Shown: in pieces, positions 20,283 to 29,889 of the stretch
Position numbering within the stretch: position 1 is the first letter of the stretch
Layout: the number at the start of each line of letters is the position of its first letter
NCBI GenBank assembly: GCA_963517115.1
Contig: CAUQEW010000011.1
Span: 45,225-77,224 of the forward strand
Source: an uncultured Lachnospiraceae bacterium
Lineage (GTDB): Bacteria > Bacillota > Clostridia > Lachnospirales > Lachnospiraceae
DNA length: 32,000 nt
Reading direction: 5' to 3'
Program-made: the position numbers and the translations under genes
Notes under the pieces: generated by a model
Told to the model about the DNA's origin: nothing
Seen by the model: only the letters and a program-made list of their open reading frames with translations
Databases searched by the model: none

Positions 20283-20312
20283 AATCATTAAAGATTGAAG
20301 GAGGCACTTATT

Positions 20313-21533
20313 ATGAAAGAAAAAGTTATTCTCGCCTATTCCGGCGGACTAGACACAACAATGATTATTCCTTGGTTGAAGGAAAACTATGATTACGATG
20401 TGGTTTGTGTATGCATCGATGTAGGACAGGGCAACGAACTTGATGGATTAGAGGAAAGAGCTAAATTATCCGGAGCAACTAAATTATATATTGAAAATGT
20501 AGTTGATGAATTTGTCAACGATTATGTTATGCCTTGTGTAAAAGCAGGTGCTGTATATGAAAATAAATATTTATTAGGAACTTCAATGGCTCGTCCGGTT
20601 ATTGCTAAAAGATTAGTAGAAATCGCTCGAATCGAAGGTGCTACTGCTATCTGTCACGGTGCTACCGGCAAAGGTAATGATCAAGTACGTTTCGAATTAG
20701 GTATCAAGGCTCTTGCTCCCGATCTAAGAATTATTGCACCTTGGAGAATCTGGGATATCACCTCTAGAGAAGAGGAAATCGAATACTGTAAAAATCATGG
20801 TATTGACCTACCTTTCTCAGCTGATAATAGCTATAGCCGTGATAGAAATTTATGGCACATCAGTCATGAAGGTCTGGAGTTAGAAGATCCTGCTAATGCA
20901 CCTGACTATAACCATTTGTTAGTTCTTGGTGTATCTCCTGAAAAAGCTCCTAATGAATCTGATACGCTTACATTGACTTTTGAAAAAGGTATTCCTACTA
21001 GTTTAAATGGAAAATCCATGAAGGTGGCTGATATTATAACTGAGTTAAACAAGCTTGGTGGTAAGCATGGTGTTGGTATCGTTGATATCGTTGAAAACCG
21101 TGTTGTTGGAATGAAATCTCGTGGTGTATATGAAACACCGGGCGGAACCATTTTAATGGAAGCTCATGCTCAGTTAGAAGAATTAATCCTCGACCGTGCA
21201 ACTCTTACCTGTAAAAAAGAAATCGGCAACAAATTTGCTGATGTTGTATATGAAGGAAAATGGTTTACACCTCTTCGCGAAGCATTACAAGCATTTGTTG
21301 ATGTTACACAAGAATATGTAACTGGTGAAGTTAAATTAAAACTTTACAAAGGTAATATTATCAAACAAGGTACAACCTCTCCTTATTCCTTATATAATGA
21401 AAGCATCGCTTCCTTTACAACCGGTGAATTATATAACCACCATGATGCAGAAGGTTTCATCAATCTATTTGGACTTTCACTGAAGGTTCGTGCTATGAAC
21501 ATGGCGGCTGTTGAGGCAGAGAAGAATAAATAA
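20313..21533 (+). CDS. argG: Argininosuccinate synthase
   Basis: AYSGGLDTT and the following conserved blocks are present. The true start is the ATG at 20313, preceded by GAAGGAGG; the track ORF begins at an upstream TTG. Confidence 0.95.
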   Translation: MKEKVILAYSGGLDTTMIIPWLKENYDYDVVCVCIDVGQGNELDGLEERAKLSGATKLYIENVVDEFVNDYVMPCVKAGAVYENKYLLGTSMARPVIAKRLVEIARIEGATAICHGATGKGNDQVRFELGIKALAPDLRIIAPWRIWDITSREEEIEYCKNHGIDLPFSADNSYSRDRNLWHISHEGLELEDPANAPDYNHLLVLGVSPEKAPNESDTLTLTFEKGIPTSLNGKSMKVADIITELNKLGGKHGVGIVDIVENRVVGMKSRGVYETPGGTILMEAHAQLEELILDRATLTCKKEIGNKFADVVYEGKWFTPLREALQAFVDVTQEYVTGEVKLKLYKGNIIKQGTTSPYSLYNESIASFTTGELYNHHDAEGFINLFGLSLKVRAMNMAAVEAEKNK

Positions 21534-21546
21534 TTTAGTTTAGTAA

Positions 21547-21835
21547 AGATTTGGTGGTTGCCTGGCGCTCTGGTACTTTAAATTCTAATTAAGTCTTTGA
21601 TAACCGGTGGGGCTGCAGGAATATAATAAAAGAGTTTTTCCATTGCTACGACACTTTCTCCTAATAATCCGCGTGGATAGTACAGCAAATTCGGCTGTTC
21701 TCTCCACGCGGATTATTAGGAGGAAGAGTCTCTGCAAAGGAAAAACTTTTTTTTATTATATTCCTGCGGCTCCACCGGTTACTATAGGTTATTGAAGAAT
21801 TTAAAGTACCAGAGCACCAGGCGACCACCAAATCT
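21547..21835. repeat. Family A long-foldback element, copy A1 (289 bp), inverted polarity relative to A2 and A3
   Basis: A 39-bp basal stem (21547-21585 with 21797-21835) has one T:G and one C:A. Further stems pair 21602-21641 with 21739-21780 and 21650-21677 with 21703-21730, and an apical hairpin forms at ACAGC/GCTGT (21682-21698). The reverse complement aligns far better to A3 than the forward sequence does, for example AGAAAGTGTCGTAGCAATGGAAAAACTCT. Confidence 0.9.
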
Positions 21836-22252
21836 AATCGGGTTTAACTTAAATTCAAAAGATTATATATGATAATTAAACTAATATTATATTCTTATGT
21901 AATCATATCACGAACATGATTTATTCAATGTGTAGTTAATACCAGTTGATGTAAAAGATTAAATAGTATCACATTCAAATGACTTAATTTCTAATTTTTA
22001 ATTTCTTAATTGATAAAAGCAAATGAAATTGCAAACAAATGTTTGTATATAATTAAAATTTATGTTATAATATGGAAATAAAATAAATAACATATGGAAG
22101 GAGTAATACAAACGATAACTACCTATTGTTTTTAGTAATTTAGATGGAACAGTTGATCGATGAAGAGAGCTCTTACAGGTGGTCTATCGTAGAATAAAGT
22201 TGCAGTTGTATATTATTGTACTTATTTCAAATAATAAAAAGGAGGGATTAAA

Positions 22253-22744
22253 ATGATTTCGCAAGAAAAATTAATGAAAGCTCTAATAAAAGGAAAATAT
22301 GAATCCTATATTAAACAAAGCTCTACATACAATCCATATTCAAAATCGGTATTATATGATTGGGAATTCAAACTACCTATAGATGATTTATTATACATCG
22401 ATTATTTTAGGGGTTTTAATCCTTATAGTGGCGCCGAATATGTATATGAAAAAGATAATAATATACCTATTTGGTCCTGCGACTATGTGGGTTATGTAAA
22501 ACAAGATATGGATGTATCTGCAGAAAATATTTATAATTTTCTAAAGGAATCAAGGGGAAATCATTTATTACATTGTAATAATAAACTATTTTCTAATTAT
22601 AAATATGAAAACAACATTTTTCAGTATGAAACATATTTTCAAGGAGATATAACATCATTATTACAAATAGAAAATTTCTATTATAATAACTTACTAATAG
22701 CACAGCAAATATCATCAGGAAGGTTAAAACAATCCACTGATTAA
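22253..22744 (+). CDS. Hypothetical protein, possibly DUF5680-like
   Basis: The 163-aa ORF has a strong RBS (AAAGGAGGG). The pattern YxDxFxGxNPYSGxE.V.......PIWxxxYxGYV......IYNFLK recalls DUF5680 proteins from memory, but this is not verified. Confidence 0.6.
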   Translation: MISQEKLMKALIKGKYESYIKQSSTYNPYSKSVLYDWEFKLPIDDLLYIDYFRGFNPYSGAEYVYEKDNNIPIWSCDYVGYVKQDMDVSAENIYNFLKESRGNHLLHCNNKLFSNYKYENNIFQYETYFQGDITSLLQIENFYYNNLLIAQQISSGRLKQSTD

Positions 22745-22804
22745 TATTTTATTATTAAAAGAAACCATCCGATCTTTTTCTTTTAATAAGTCCCCACCCA
22801 CAAA

Positions 22805-23092
22805 GATTTGGCGGAGCTTGGATCGTCGGACGCTATAAATTCCATCGAATACCTATGTCAACAGGAGAATTTGCAGGTATATATTAATAACGAATTTTTC
22901 GTTTGCGGAGACACTTTCTACTAATAGTACACTTGGAGCGGACAGTCGTTTTTACTGTCCTCTCCAAGCGTACTATTAGTAGAAAGTGTCATAGCAACAG
23001 AAAAATCCGATTAATATATACCTGCAAAGCCTCCTGTTGTCGAATGTCTACCTGGAATTTATAGCGGACGACGATCCAAGCTCCGCCAAATC
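22805..23092. repeat. Family A long-foldback element, copy A2 (288 bp)
   Basis: The 39-bp basal stem GATTTGGCGGAGCTTGGATCGTCGGACGCTATAAATTCC (22805-22843) pairs with 23054-23092, with a tandem G:A/A:G. A perfect 19-bp stem pairs 22870-22888 with 23010-23028. A 37-bp distal stem pairs 22910-22946 with 22954-22990 and has two mismatches. Confidence 0.9.
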
Positions 23093-23209
23093 CCTACCCA
23101 CACTAGATTAGAATTTGATTAAGCATTTATTTATCTATTTATTAATTTTAGAATCTATAATATAATAGGGTTAGCATTTCATTATATTATTCTTGAAAGG
23201 AGAAATAAC

Positions 23210-23530
23210 ATGATTATTACTACTACCCCTACTATTGAGGGAAAAACTATTACAGAATACAAAGGTATTGTATTTGGAGAAGTAATCTCCGGTATAAATT
23301 TTATTAAGGACTTTGCTGCTGGCTTATCTAACTTCTTTGGAGGACGCTCTGGAACCTACGAGGAAGAAATGATACAAGCAAGAGAAAATGCCATGAAGGA
23401 AATGGAGAATCGAGCTCTTCAAATGGGAGCAGATGCAGTTGTTGGTGTGGACATTGACTACGAAGTTCTTGGTGCTGATAATGGTATGATTATGGTAACT
23501 GCTTCGGGTACTGCTGTAAGATATATGTAA
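23210..23530 (+). CDS. YbjQ/UPF0145-family protein
   Basis: The 106-aa protein reads [28 protein letters not shown]...[14 protein letters not shown], which is typical of the family. Confidence 0.85.
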   Translation: MIITTTPTIEGKTITEYKGIVFGEVISGINFIKDFAAGLSNFFGGRSGTYEEEMIQARENAMKEMENRALQMGADAVVGVDIDYEVLGADNGMIMVTASGTAVRYM

Positions 23531-23545
23531 GTAATTAAATCTTAA

Positions 23546-23596
23546 AATAAGCCATAGAAACCAATTAAACATTGGATTCTATGGCTTATTTTGTAT
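23546..23596 (+). terminator. Rho-independent terminator after the ybjQ-family gene
   Basis: AATAAGCCATAGAA (23546-23559) pairs with TTCTATGGCTTATT (23577-23590), followed by TTGTATT. Confidence 0.8.
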
Positions 23597-23706
23597 TGCG
23601 ATCTGCATTTTACATTTTATGGCATAATATCTTCTCTTTTCATTTTGTCTGTATTATAATGAATTATATACTTTACTCTATCTAACTGAAAGAAGGAGGT
23701 TATTTC

Positions 23707-24405
23707 ATGGAATATTATTTATTTCCCATATTAGGATTCATAATACTTTTTATAATAATTATTCCGCTATACTTTCGGTTAAAGAAGACAAAACATCAAT
23801 TAATTGCTTTAATGATAAAAGGTTCTGCTACAATGGTTCCTGTTCTCTTCTCCTTAGCTTCCATCATACAGTTGGGAAGAAAGCCCTATCAGAACATTGG
23901 TTCAGCTCATTTACCAGGAGCTTCTTGTTGGCTGCTTATAGGACTACTTCTGTGTTTGATTGGTGACATTATAATAGGCATACATTTTCTTGGTGGAATA
24001 GTAGCTTTTCTGCTTGGCCATATCTGCTATATTACAGCATTTAGCAATCTTGCCTCCTTACAGCTATGGAGTATTGTTATATTTATAGTACTCTTTTTAC
24101 TTACTTTAGTAGTCTTCTATCCATTAATTCCTAAGATGTCTAAAAATAAAATTCCATTTTTATTCTATGGTACTGTAATTTTAACTATGCTTTCCCTAGC
24201 ACTTTTACTACCATATACTATCGGATACCTTGGAATATTACCTGCAATAGGAGCCTTTCTTTTTGTGCTATCTGATTTTCTTCTTGCTAGAATTATGCTG
24301 GTGAAATTTACGCCCTTAAGTGATGTGGTTAGTCTATATATTTACTATTTAGGCCAATTTGCCTTAGCTATGAGTGTTTATTTATATTCATCAATTACGT
24401 ACTAA
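23707..24405 (+). CDS. YhhN-family membrane protein (lysoplasmalogenase-like)
   Basis: The 232-aa protein has about 8 TM and paired GD and SD motifs in TM segments (LCLIGDIIIG and FVLSDFLLA). Confidence 0.65.
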   Translation: MEYYLFPILGFIILFIIIIPLYFRLKKTKHQLIALMIKGSATMVPVLFSLASIIQLGRKPYQNIGSAHLPGASCWLLIGLLLCLIGDIIIGIHFLGGIVAFLLGHICYITAFSNLASLQLWSIVIFIVLFLLTLVVFYPLIPKMSKNKIPFLFYGTVILTMLSLALLLPYTIGYLGILPAIGAFLFVLSDFLLARIMLVKFTPLSDVVSLYIYYLGQFALAMSVYLYSSITY

Positions 24406-24452
24406 TTAAATTTATTTACCGTGTAAAATAATAGATCCAGATTTAAAATTAA

Positions 24453-25391
24453 TTAAAAGAAATATTGATCTAGAAAATCATTCAGTACTTTCTCATATTC
24501 AACTCGATTTTTTTGACAGGATTGAGCATGCATTGCATTTGGTGCAAGATATAGCTCTTTCTTGTCCAGCTTAGCATCATACATATCCTTAGACATAGAA
24601 CAAGGTACATAATCATCTTCTAATCCATGGATAAATAAGATTGGGGCGTTGCTTTGAACTGCTCCATCTAATGGAACTACATCATCAATCCAGAAGCCTG
24701 CCCTTAATTTTATGAGTATGCTCGCAATTGCCAAAAACGGGAATTGGGGCAAATGATGGTATTTCTTAAGCTGGTGCAATAATAACTTTTTTAAATTAGA
24801 ATAAGAACAATCTGCTATCGTACATCGTACCCTTCCATCAATAGCAAGATGAGACAAGACCGTAGCTGCTCCCATAGATTCCCCATGAGTTACTATTGCT
24901 AGATTTGTTCCAAATTCTTCATAACACCAATCTATTATAGTTTGTAAATCAAATTTCTCATAATATCCCATTGAGGTAAATGCTTTCCCACTTAACCCGT
25001 GGTTTCTATGATCATATGTGAGCACTGTTATTCCTCTCTTAAGGAACAGATCAGCATACATCATACTGCTATATTTTCCACACGTATAACCATGACAGAT
25101 AATTGCTATCTTCATTTTACCGCTTGGATTCCCTACTTGTTTTTTACTTGTATCATTATTTATTAATTGGCAAGATAAATTATATCCATATCTGGATCTT
25201 ATGATAAAATCTTCCTTATCCCAACCTTGATATATCTTATCAGTAAGTCTTCCTTCTTCCAACTCTCTTTGATAGAGTTCCTCATAGTCTATTACTTTTG
25301 GTTTGAGTACTATATTCGACAATACCCAAGAAACAGTAACAACTATAATAAGAAGAATAACTAGAACACCCAGAATAATAAAACCAGTCAT
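24453..25391 (-). CDS. Membrane-anchored alpha/beta hydrolase
   Basis: It has an N-terminal TM helix, an HG oxyanion motif (ICHGYT), a nucleophile elbow GESMG, and C-terminal D/H candidates. Confidence 0.8.
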   Translation of the reverse strand: MTGFIILGVLVILLIIVVTVSWVLSNIVLKPKVIDYEELYQRELEEGRLTDKIYQGWDKEDFIIRSRYGYNLSCQLINNDTSKKQVGNPSGKMKIAIICHGYTCGKYSSMMYADLFLKRGITVLTYDHRNHGLSGKAFTSMGYYEKFDLQTIIDWCYEEFGTNLAIVTHGESMGAATVLSHLAIDGRVRCTIADCSYSNLKKLLLHQLKKYHHLPQFPFLAIASILIKLRAGFWIDDVVPLDGAVQSNAPILFIHGLEDDYVPCSMSKDMYDAKLDKKELYLAPNAMHAQSCQKNRVEYEKVLNDFLDQYFF

Positions 25392-25424
25392 GTATTTCTA
25401 CCTCCTCTTAACTAAATGTTAGGA

Positions 25425-26201
25425 TTAATCCTTATTAAGTTGATATGTCGCATATTCTTTATCAAAATGATAACCTAACTTTTCTGCAACTTTTACCGAA
25501 TTTAGGTTAGCTGCATCCCAGTTTGGATACTTATTAAGCTTGATACATTCTAGTAAAAGTCTTGCTCCACATATTGTCGCAAGCCCCTGTCTTCGGTATT
25601 CCTCCCTTGTTCCAATTTCTATCTCAATACCACCTTGGTAAGCAGTATAGGAGGAGGCTCCACAGATTATTCTGCCATTATGTAAAATAACATAACCTAA
25701 GCCTACCTTTTTGTAATATTCTGCCGATTTAAAATTGGAACAGAAATCTTTTGACCAATTCTCTGATAAAGCTAAATCATATAACTCATCATTTATCTGT
25801 CGTAATTCATACTCTTTAGGTAATTGATTCATATATTCATGCAGTTTTTCCACCGAAAAGGCAAATCCTTCTTTTCGTATGGCATAACGTGTGATTCTTT
25901 TATATTTTTTAGAATGATTCAGCTTAACTTCCCAATCTCTTGTATGCGGAATAAATAATAAATCCTTTTCATCTATCTCATTTGGGTATTCATTTAAAAT
26001 ATTATCTGCTTCTACTGAATCCACATTTCCAACCGGAAAGCAGAAGTCACCTTGTACAATGCGTGCAACTGTTGGATTTGGAAATTGGTCAACCCAGGCT
26101 CTACCCATATATCCTTCTAAACAAGACCATACAGTACTATCGGTACAATTCTTATAAAAGTCATTCAAACATTTCATTTGATCTTTTGTTAATTCAATCA
26201 T
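25425..26201 (-). CDS. GNAT-family N-acetyltransferase
   Basis: The C-terminal acetyl-CoA binding motif is present: EIGTREEYRRQGLATICGARLLLECI. Confidence 0.75.
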   Translation of the reverse strand: MIELTKDQMKCLNDFYKNCTDSTVWSCLEGYMGRAWVDQFPNPTVARIVQGDFCFPVGNVDSVEADNILNEYPNEIDEKDLLFIPHTRDWEVKLNHSKKYKRITRYAIRKEGFAFSVEKLHEYMNQLPKEYELRQINDELYDLALSENWSKDFCSNFKSAEYYKKVGLGYVILHNGRIICGASSYTAYQGGIEIEIGTREEYRRQGLATICGARLLLECIKLNKYPNWDAANLNSVKVAEKLGYHFDKEYATYQLNKD

Positions 26202-26430
26202 TTTAACTCCTCTACATTCGCTATTGCAAAATTTCTCATATTTATTTTAACATAATTAATTCTTAAATAATATTTATTTTTCATTAAGATTTTTAAAGTT
26301 TCGTATTTATTAGAATATCATTAGGTTTTACTAATATCATTTACTAAATACCAACCTAATGCTATAATATGAAAAGTAATGGGTGCTATAACCCATATAA
26401 TCTAAATCACTTTAAGAAAGGTGGAAATAT

Positions 26431-27426
26431 ATGAACATTTACGAAGAATTTAAGGAAAAGAGGAAAATGCCAAAGTTAAAACACGTTGGAGTAATCCTTT
26501 TTGTAATACTTGCAATAATTCTATTATCCAGTTCACCCTATACCGTTAATGAACAGGAGCAAGCTGTATTAACTACTTTTGGTGTAGCAAAATCAGTAAC
26601 CGACTCTGGATTACATTTTAGAATTCCTTTCGTTCAAAAGATACAAAAAGTTAATACTACAATCAATGGTTTTGCAATTGGATATGACCATGAGACCAAT
26701 CAAACTATCGAAGAAGAAGCTGTCATGATTACCTCAGATTATAATTTTGTCGATGTCGATTTCTTTGTAGAATATAAGGTATCTGATCCGGTAAAAGCGG
26801 TCTATTCCTCAAAAGAACCGGTTCTTATACTAAAAAATATCTCACAAAGCTGCATCCGCTCCATAATTGGAAGTTATGATGTTGACAGCGTATTAACAGC
26901 TGGAAAAAATGAAATTCAAGCTGCAATTAAAGAAATGGTTTTACAGAAATTAGAATTACAAGATATCGGAATCCAATTAATAAACATTACTATTCAAGAT
27001 TCTGAGCCACCAACGCAAGAAGTTATGGAAGCCTTTAAAGCCGTCGAGACAGCAAAACAAGGAAAAGAGACAGCTATAAATAATGCAAACAAGTATCGTA
27101 ATGAGAAGCTACCTGCAGCATTAGCTGATGTGGATAAGATTATTAAAGAAGCTGAAGCACAGAAAGAAGAACGCATCAATGAAGCAACCGGCCAAGTTGC
27201 CAGATTCAATGCTATATATGCTGAATTTGTTAAGAATCCTGTTGTTACCAAAGAGAGAATGTTTTATGAAACAATGGAAAATATACTTCCTTCTCTTGAA
27301 GTTATTATAGATGGTACGGATGGTGTTCAAAAAGTTCTGCCACTAGATTCCTTTGTATCTATAAATGAAGCAGATACTACTGCTTCTAGTGAAACAACAA
27401 CTAACACAGAAAAGGAGGCAGAATAA
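26431..27426 (+). CDS. hflK: SPFH/band-7 protein, HflK-like FtsH modulator
   Basis: An N-terminal TM segment is followed by an SPFH domain and a coiled-coil tail. It is paired with a downstream HflC-like gene 2 nt away. Confidence 0.75.
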   Translation: MNIYEEFKEKRKMPKLKHVGVILFVILAIILLSSSPYTVNEQEQAVLTTFGVAKSVTDSGLHFRIPFVQKIQKVNTTINGFAIGYDHETNQTIEEEAVMITSDYNFVDVDFFVEYKVSDPVKAVYSSKEPVLILKNISQSCIRSIIGSYDVDSVLTAGKNEIQAAIKEMVLQKLELQDIGIQLINITIQDSEPPTQEVMEAFKAVETAKQGKETAINNANKYRNEKLPAALADVDKIIKEAEAQKEERINEATGQVARFNAIYAEFVKNPVVTKERMFYETMENILPSLEVIIDGTDGVQKVLPLDSFVSINEADTTASSETTTNTEKEAE

Positions 27427-27428
27427 TT

Positions 27429-28292
27429 ATGAGTAAAAAAATATTATTAAGTTTTGCCGGGATACTTGTTATAATCCTTTTAGTATTTTCTGTCGTAATT
27501 ACAAGTGAAAATGAATTTAAATTAGTAAGGCAATTTGGTAAGGTAAATAAAGTTATAGACAAACCAGGGATTAGTTTAATGATTCCCTTTTTACAAACTG
27601 CCGATACTCTTCCAAATGAAATATTATTATATGACCTAGCTTCTTCTGATGTTATTACCATGGATAAGAAAACCATGATTAGTGACAGTTACGTATTATG
27701 GAAAATTACTGACCCATTAAAATTTGCTCAATCTTTGAATTCTTCAATTATTAGTGCAGAAAGCAGAATAGACACTGTTGTCTATAATGCAATAAAAAAT
27801 GTGATTGGTAGTCTTTCCCAAAATGAAGTCATTAGTGGCAGAGATGGTACATTGTCTACTTCTATTATGAACAGTATAGGTACCTCAATGGAACAATATG
27901 GAATTACCTTATTAACCGTAGAGACGAAACGTCTAGATCTTCCATCTGATAATAAAACAGCGGTATATGAAAGAATGATTTCTGAGCGCGATAAAATTGC
28001 AGCTACCTACATAGCTGAGGGCAATTCGGAAGCGCAAGTGATTCAGAATACAACAGATAAAGAAATATCTATCAGCCTTTCAACTGCTAAAGCCAAAGCG
28101 GAACGAATCATTGCAGAAGGAGAAGGAGAATATATGAGAATATTATCAGAAGCCTATGCAGATAAATCCCGTACTGAGTTCTACTCCTTTGTTCGATCAC
28201 TTGATGCTGCTAAGGAATCCTTGTCAGGTGATAACAAAACTATAATCTTACCTTCTAATTCTCCAATCTCTCAAATATTTATTGGAAAGTAA
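27429..28292 (+). CDS. hflC: SPFH/band-7 protein, HflC-like FtsH modulator
   Basis: An N-terminal TM segment is followed by an SPFH domain, with motifs such as RLDLPSDNKTAVYERMISER and AEGEGEY. Confidence 0.75.
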   Translation: MSKKILLSFAGILVIILLVFSVVITSENEFKLVRQFGKVNKVIDKPGISLMIPFLQTADTLPNEILLYDLASSDVITMDKKTMISDSYVLWKITDPLKFAQSLNSSIISAESRIDTVVYNAIKNVIGSLSQNEVISGRDGTLSTSIMNSIGTSMEQYGITLLTVETKRLDLPSDNKTAVYERMISERDKIAATYIAEGNSEAQVIQNTTDKEISISLSTAKAKAERIIAEGEGEYMRILSEAYADKSRTEFYSFVRSLDAAKESLSGDNKTIILPSNSPISQIFIGK

Positions 28293-28301
28293 TTTATGTT
28301 A

Positions 28302-28340
28302 TTGAAAAGGCTGGTACCAATTAGGTATCAGCCTTTTCAA
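28302..28340 (+). terminator. Rho-independent terminator after hflC
   Basis: TTGAAAAGGCTG (28302-28313) pairs with CAGCCTTTTCAA (28329-28340), followed by a T-rich tract. Confidence 0.75.
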
Positions 28341-28510
28341 TTATATATTTAGTCAATATATTGTTATAATATGTTGAATTTTACGAAGAAATACAGTATT
28401 ATAAAGCATAGTAAACATGCTTTAAATATTGCAAGTACTATAGATTTAAATTGCAAGGAGAAAATTGTTGTACTTTAATTTAACCCACTTGAAAATAAAG
28501 GAGATAAAAT

Positions 28511-29317
28511 ATGTCTTTTGAAATACTTGTTTTAGATATAGATGGAACCTTAACCAATTCAGAAAAGGATGTTTCTCCACTCACCTTAGATGCTATATTT
28601 AAGGCTCAAGAACGCGGACACAAAGTGGTGCTCGCTTCCGGACGCCCAACCCGAGGAATACTAGATTTAGCAAACCGTTTAAAACTGTCAGAATACAATG
28701 GCTATATTTTATCATTTAATGGAGCTAAGATAATAAGTTGTAGAACAAATGAAATAATATATCAAACAGTCCTACCACGTGAAATCATTCCACAGCTTTA
28801 CACCGCTGCCATTGAGAACTCTGTAGGTATACTATCTTACGAGGAAAATACAATTATTGCTGGTACAGACATAGATGAATATATGGAAAAAGAATCTAAA
28901 ATTAATAACATTCCAATCAAGCGTGTCGATAATTTTCCAAACTATATCAACTTTGATGTTAACAAATGTCTGATGACAGGCTCAGGTACTCATCTTGAAA
29001 AAGTAGAAAAAATTATGAAAAACAAATTTGGAGGTATCTTAAATATATATCGTTCTGAACCATATTTCATAGAAATAATGCCTCAAAACATAGATAAAGC
29101 TTATTCTCTAAGCAAATTATTAGATTATCTGGGATTGTCAAAAGATCAAATGATTAGCTGCGGAGATGGATTTAACGATTTATCTATGATCCAATATGCC
29201 GGCATGGGTGTCGCTATGGCAAATGCCCAGGAAATCGTAAAACAAGCCGCCGATTACATCACGCTATCCAACGATGAAGACGGTGTAGCTCACGTTATTC
29301 ATGAATTTATGCTCTAG
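28511..29317 (+). CDS. Cof-type HAD-IIB family phosphatase
   Basis: It has the LDIDGTL motif I, a cap region, and the GDGFNDLSM motif IV. Confidence 0.85.
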   Translation: MSFEILVLDIDGTLTNSEKDVSPLTLDAIFKAQERGHKVVLASGRPTRGILDLANRLKLSEYNGYILSFNGAKIISCRTNEIIYQTVLPREIIPQLYTAAIENSVGILSYEENTIIAGTDIDEYMEKESKINNIPIKRVDNFPNYINFDVNKCLMTGSGTHLEKVEKIMKNKFGGILNIYRSEPYFIEIMPQNIDKAYSLSKLLDYLGLSKDQMISCGDGFNDLSMIQYAGMGVAMANAQEIVKQAADYITLSNDEDGVAHVIHEFML

Positions 29318-29390
29318 ATTATTGTGTTTTCAGGAAAATTATAATATAATAATTAGATACTATACAAATATTAGAAATTAAGAATTCAAT

Positions 29391-29702
29391 ATGTTGAATT
29401 CCATAATTATGATTTTAATTAGAAAGGTATATATAACTATGTTTAAAATAATTATAAAAAAATTATATTTAATAGGCTATATTATAATTATATATGGCAT
29501 CTTTCAATTAGGATACTTGTGTTTTTACTTTATAAACACTTTTTTAACTAATAAAGAACGTACAGTTATTGAACCAAATGGAATATCAACTATTAGCAAA
29601 ATACATTTTAACTATATTAATATAATTTTTGTAGTTTGTTTTTTCATATTTCTCATATTACTAGGATTTTTTATAATAAAAAAAGGTAATAAGAAAGGGT
29701 AA
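29391..29702 (+). CDS. Hypothetical small membrane protein (weak call)
   Basis: This is a very AT-rich 103-aa ORF with two hydrophobic segments. A more plausible start is MFKIIIK at about 29439. I see no recognisable homology. Confidence 0.35.
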   Translation: MLNSIIMILIRKVYITMFKIIIKKLYLIGYIIIIYGIFQLGYLCFYFINTFLTNKERTVIEPNGISTISKIHFNYINIIFVVCFFIFLILLGFFIIKKGNKKG

Positions 29703-29770
29703 ACAACATCATTTAAGAATTGAATTATTTTATGATTGAGCCACCCTTTTTTATTGGTACGAATAACTTT

Positions 29771-29816
29771 AATACAAAGGACATGGTGTAATTTAAATCA
29801 CCATGCCCTTTGTATT
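29771..29816. repeat. Isolated 18-bp-stem palindrome
   Basis: AATACAAAGGACATGGTG (29771-29788) pairs with CACCATGCCCTTTGTATT (29799-29816) with one A:C mismatch. Neither strand has a clear U-tract. Confidence 0.7.
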
Positions 29817-29889
29817 ATCTGAGATTTAGTATAAGATTTTGTAAGAATATACTATTCCTTTTCTTTATAATATAGTTTAAACCCACAAA

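Noticed and set aside
21607-21795. 62-aa ORF on the plus strand inside A1, and likewise the 60-aa ORF at 29815-29997 on the minus strand that runs into A3
   Set aside because: Both lie within or across the palindromic foldback arms. They have no RBS, and their peptides are not conserved between copies. They are by-products of the repeat sequence.
21851-22252. A riboswitch or leader peptide in the 400-nt region upstream of the DUF5680-like ORF (short ORFs at about 22094 and 22144)
   Set aside because: I could not recognise any known riboswitch core, and there is no terminator/antiterminator alternative. The mini-ORFs have no RBS. The region is simply very AT-rich. It is mentioned only as part of the A1/A2-flanked cassette.
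22793-23103. The direct repeat CCCACCCACA (22793-22802) / CCTACCCACA (23093-23102) flanking A2 as a target-site duplication
   Set aside because: The left-hand word ACCCACAAAGATTTGG is also present at A3 (29881-29896), and a related ACCCGATTAGATTTGG is at the equivalent end of A1. The word is therefore part of the element rather than duplicated target. The right-hand CYCTAC/TTTAC is likewise conserved among copies.
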